34,937 nucleotides of DNA from IMG/VR virus record IMGVR_UViG_2571042690_000022. One strand, 5' to 3'. The notes beneath the pieces were generated by a model that saw only the letters and a list, made by a program, of their open reading frames with translations, ran no database searches and was not told the DNA's origin. This DNA comes from a virus. Lineage: Duplodnaviria > Heunggongvirae > Uroviricota > Caudoviricetes. The position numbers and the translations under genes were made by a program. This document shows, piece after piece, positions 34,770 to 34,937 of the stretch. The stretch's first letter is position 1. The number at the start of each line of letters is the position of its first letter.

Positions 34770-34937
34770 ATGAGTAACACTGCAGTTCTGGATGAAAACG
34801 GTATCGCCACTGTAGCGGGCGATATCACTGTATATCACTATGACGAGGAAACCCGGGAATACACCTCATCCTCTGTGGAGTATCTCGCCCTTGGGGTGGG
34901 TACTCCGGCACATTCGTGCGCCGATGCACCGCCGGAG
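34770..34937 (+). CDS. tail fiber assembly protein (chaperone), 3' end truncated by window
   Basis: ATG at 34770 overlaps the tail fibre stop (TAATG); N-terminus resembles Tfa-type proteins; ORF runs off the window end. Confidence 0.55.
   Translation, partial: MSNTAVLDENGIATVAGDITVYHYDEETREYTSSSVEYLALGVGTPAHSCADAPPE

Larger units (their letters stand above)
33302..34770 (+). pseudogene. tail fiber gene disrupted by a 131-bp tandem duplication (frameshift); N-terminal ORF ends at 34333
   Basis: N-terminal part with fibre repeats runs to a premature stop at 34331-34333; the C-terminal tip (LPDLRGEFIRGWDDGRKVD...) continues to 34770 in the other frame; removing one repeat copy restores a single ORF. 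Confidence 0.7.

Overview
The window is almost entirely the interior of a Mu-like transposable prophage from a gamma-proteobacterial (enterobacterial-like) host; neither prophage end is inside the window. Coordinates 1-8602 carry a leftward (minus-strand) early operon: Ner-like regulator, DDE transposase (MuA-like), AAA+ transposition ATPase (B-like), Gam, a run of small accessory genes including a MazG-like pyrophosphohydrolase and a zinc-ribbon protein, GemA-like and Mor. An AT-rich XRE-family repressor gene (8696-9052, plus strand) is divergent from the early operon across a 93-bp switch region containing an 18-bp perfect palindrome. A cargo segment follows (9169-11446): an orphan Dam-family N6-adenine methyltransferase, two small ORFs with head-to-head overlapping start codons in an AT-rich patch, and a P-loop kinase-like protein of unknown function. 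From 11577 to the window end a rightward late cluster encodes the lysis cassette (holin-like, lytic transglycosylase, Rz with embedded Rz1), terminase, portal, Mu F/G/I/T head genes, sheath, tube, tail chaperone with a probable frameshift extension, tape measure, baseplate, tail fiber and a tail fiber assembly gene cut by the window end. The early module is inverted relative to the late module compared with phage Mu. Notable sequence-level observations are an 18-bp motif (TTAA-N6-TTAAWATC) present in four late intergenic regions, a perfect 131-bp tandem duplication that frameshifts the tail fiber gene, and a 261-bp in-frame tandem duplication in the tape measure gene. No rRNA, tRNA, CRISPR array or integrase was recognised. 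All calls rest on reading the ORF translations and the DNA by eye; family assignments are from remembered motifs, not database searches.
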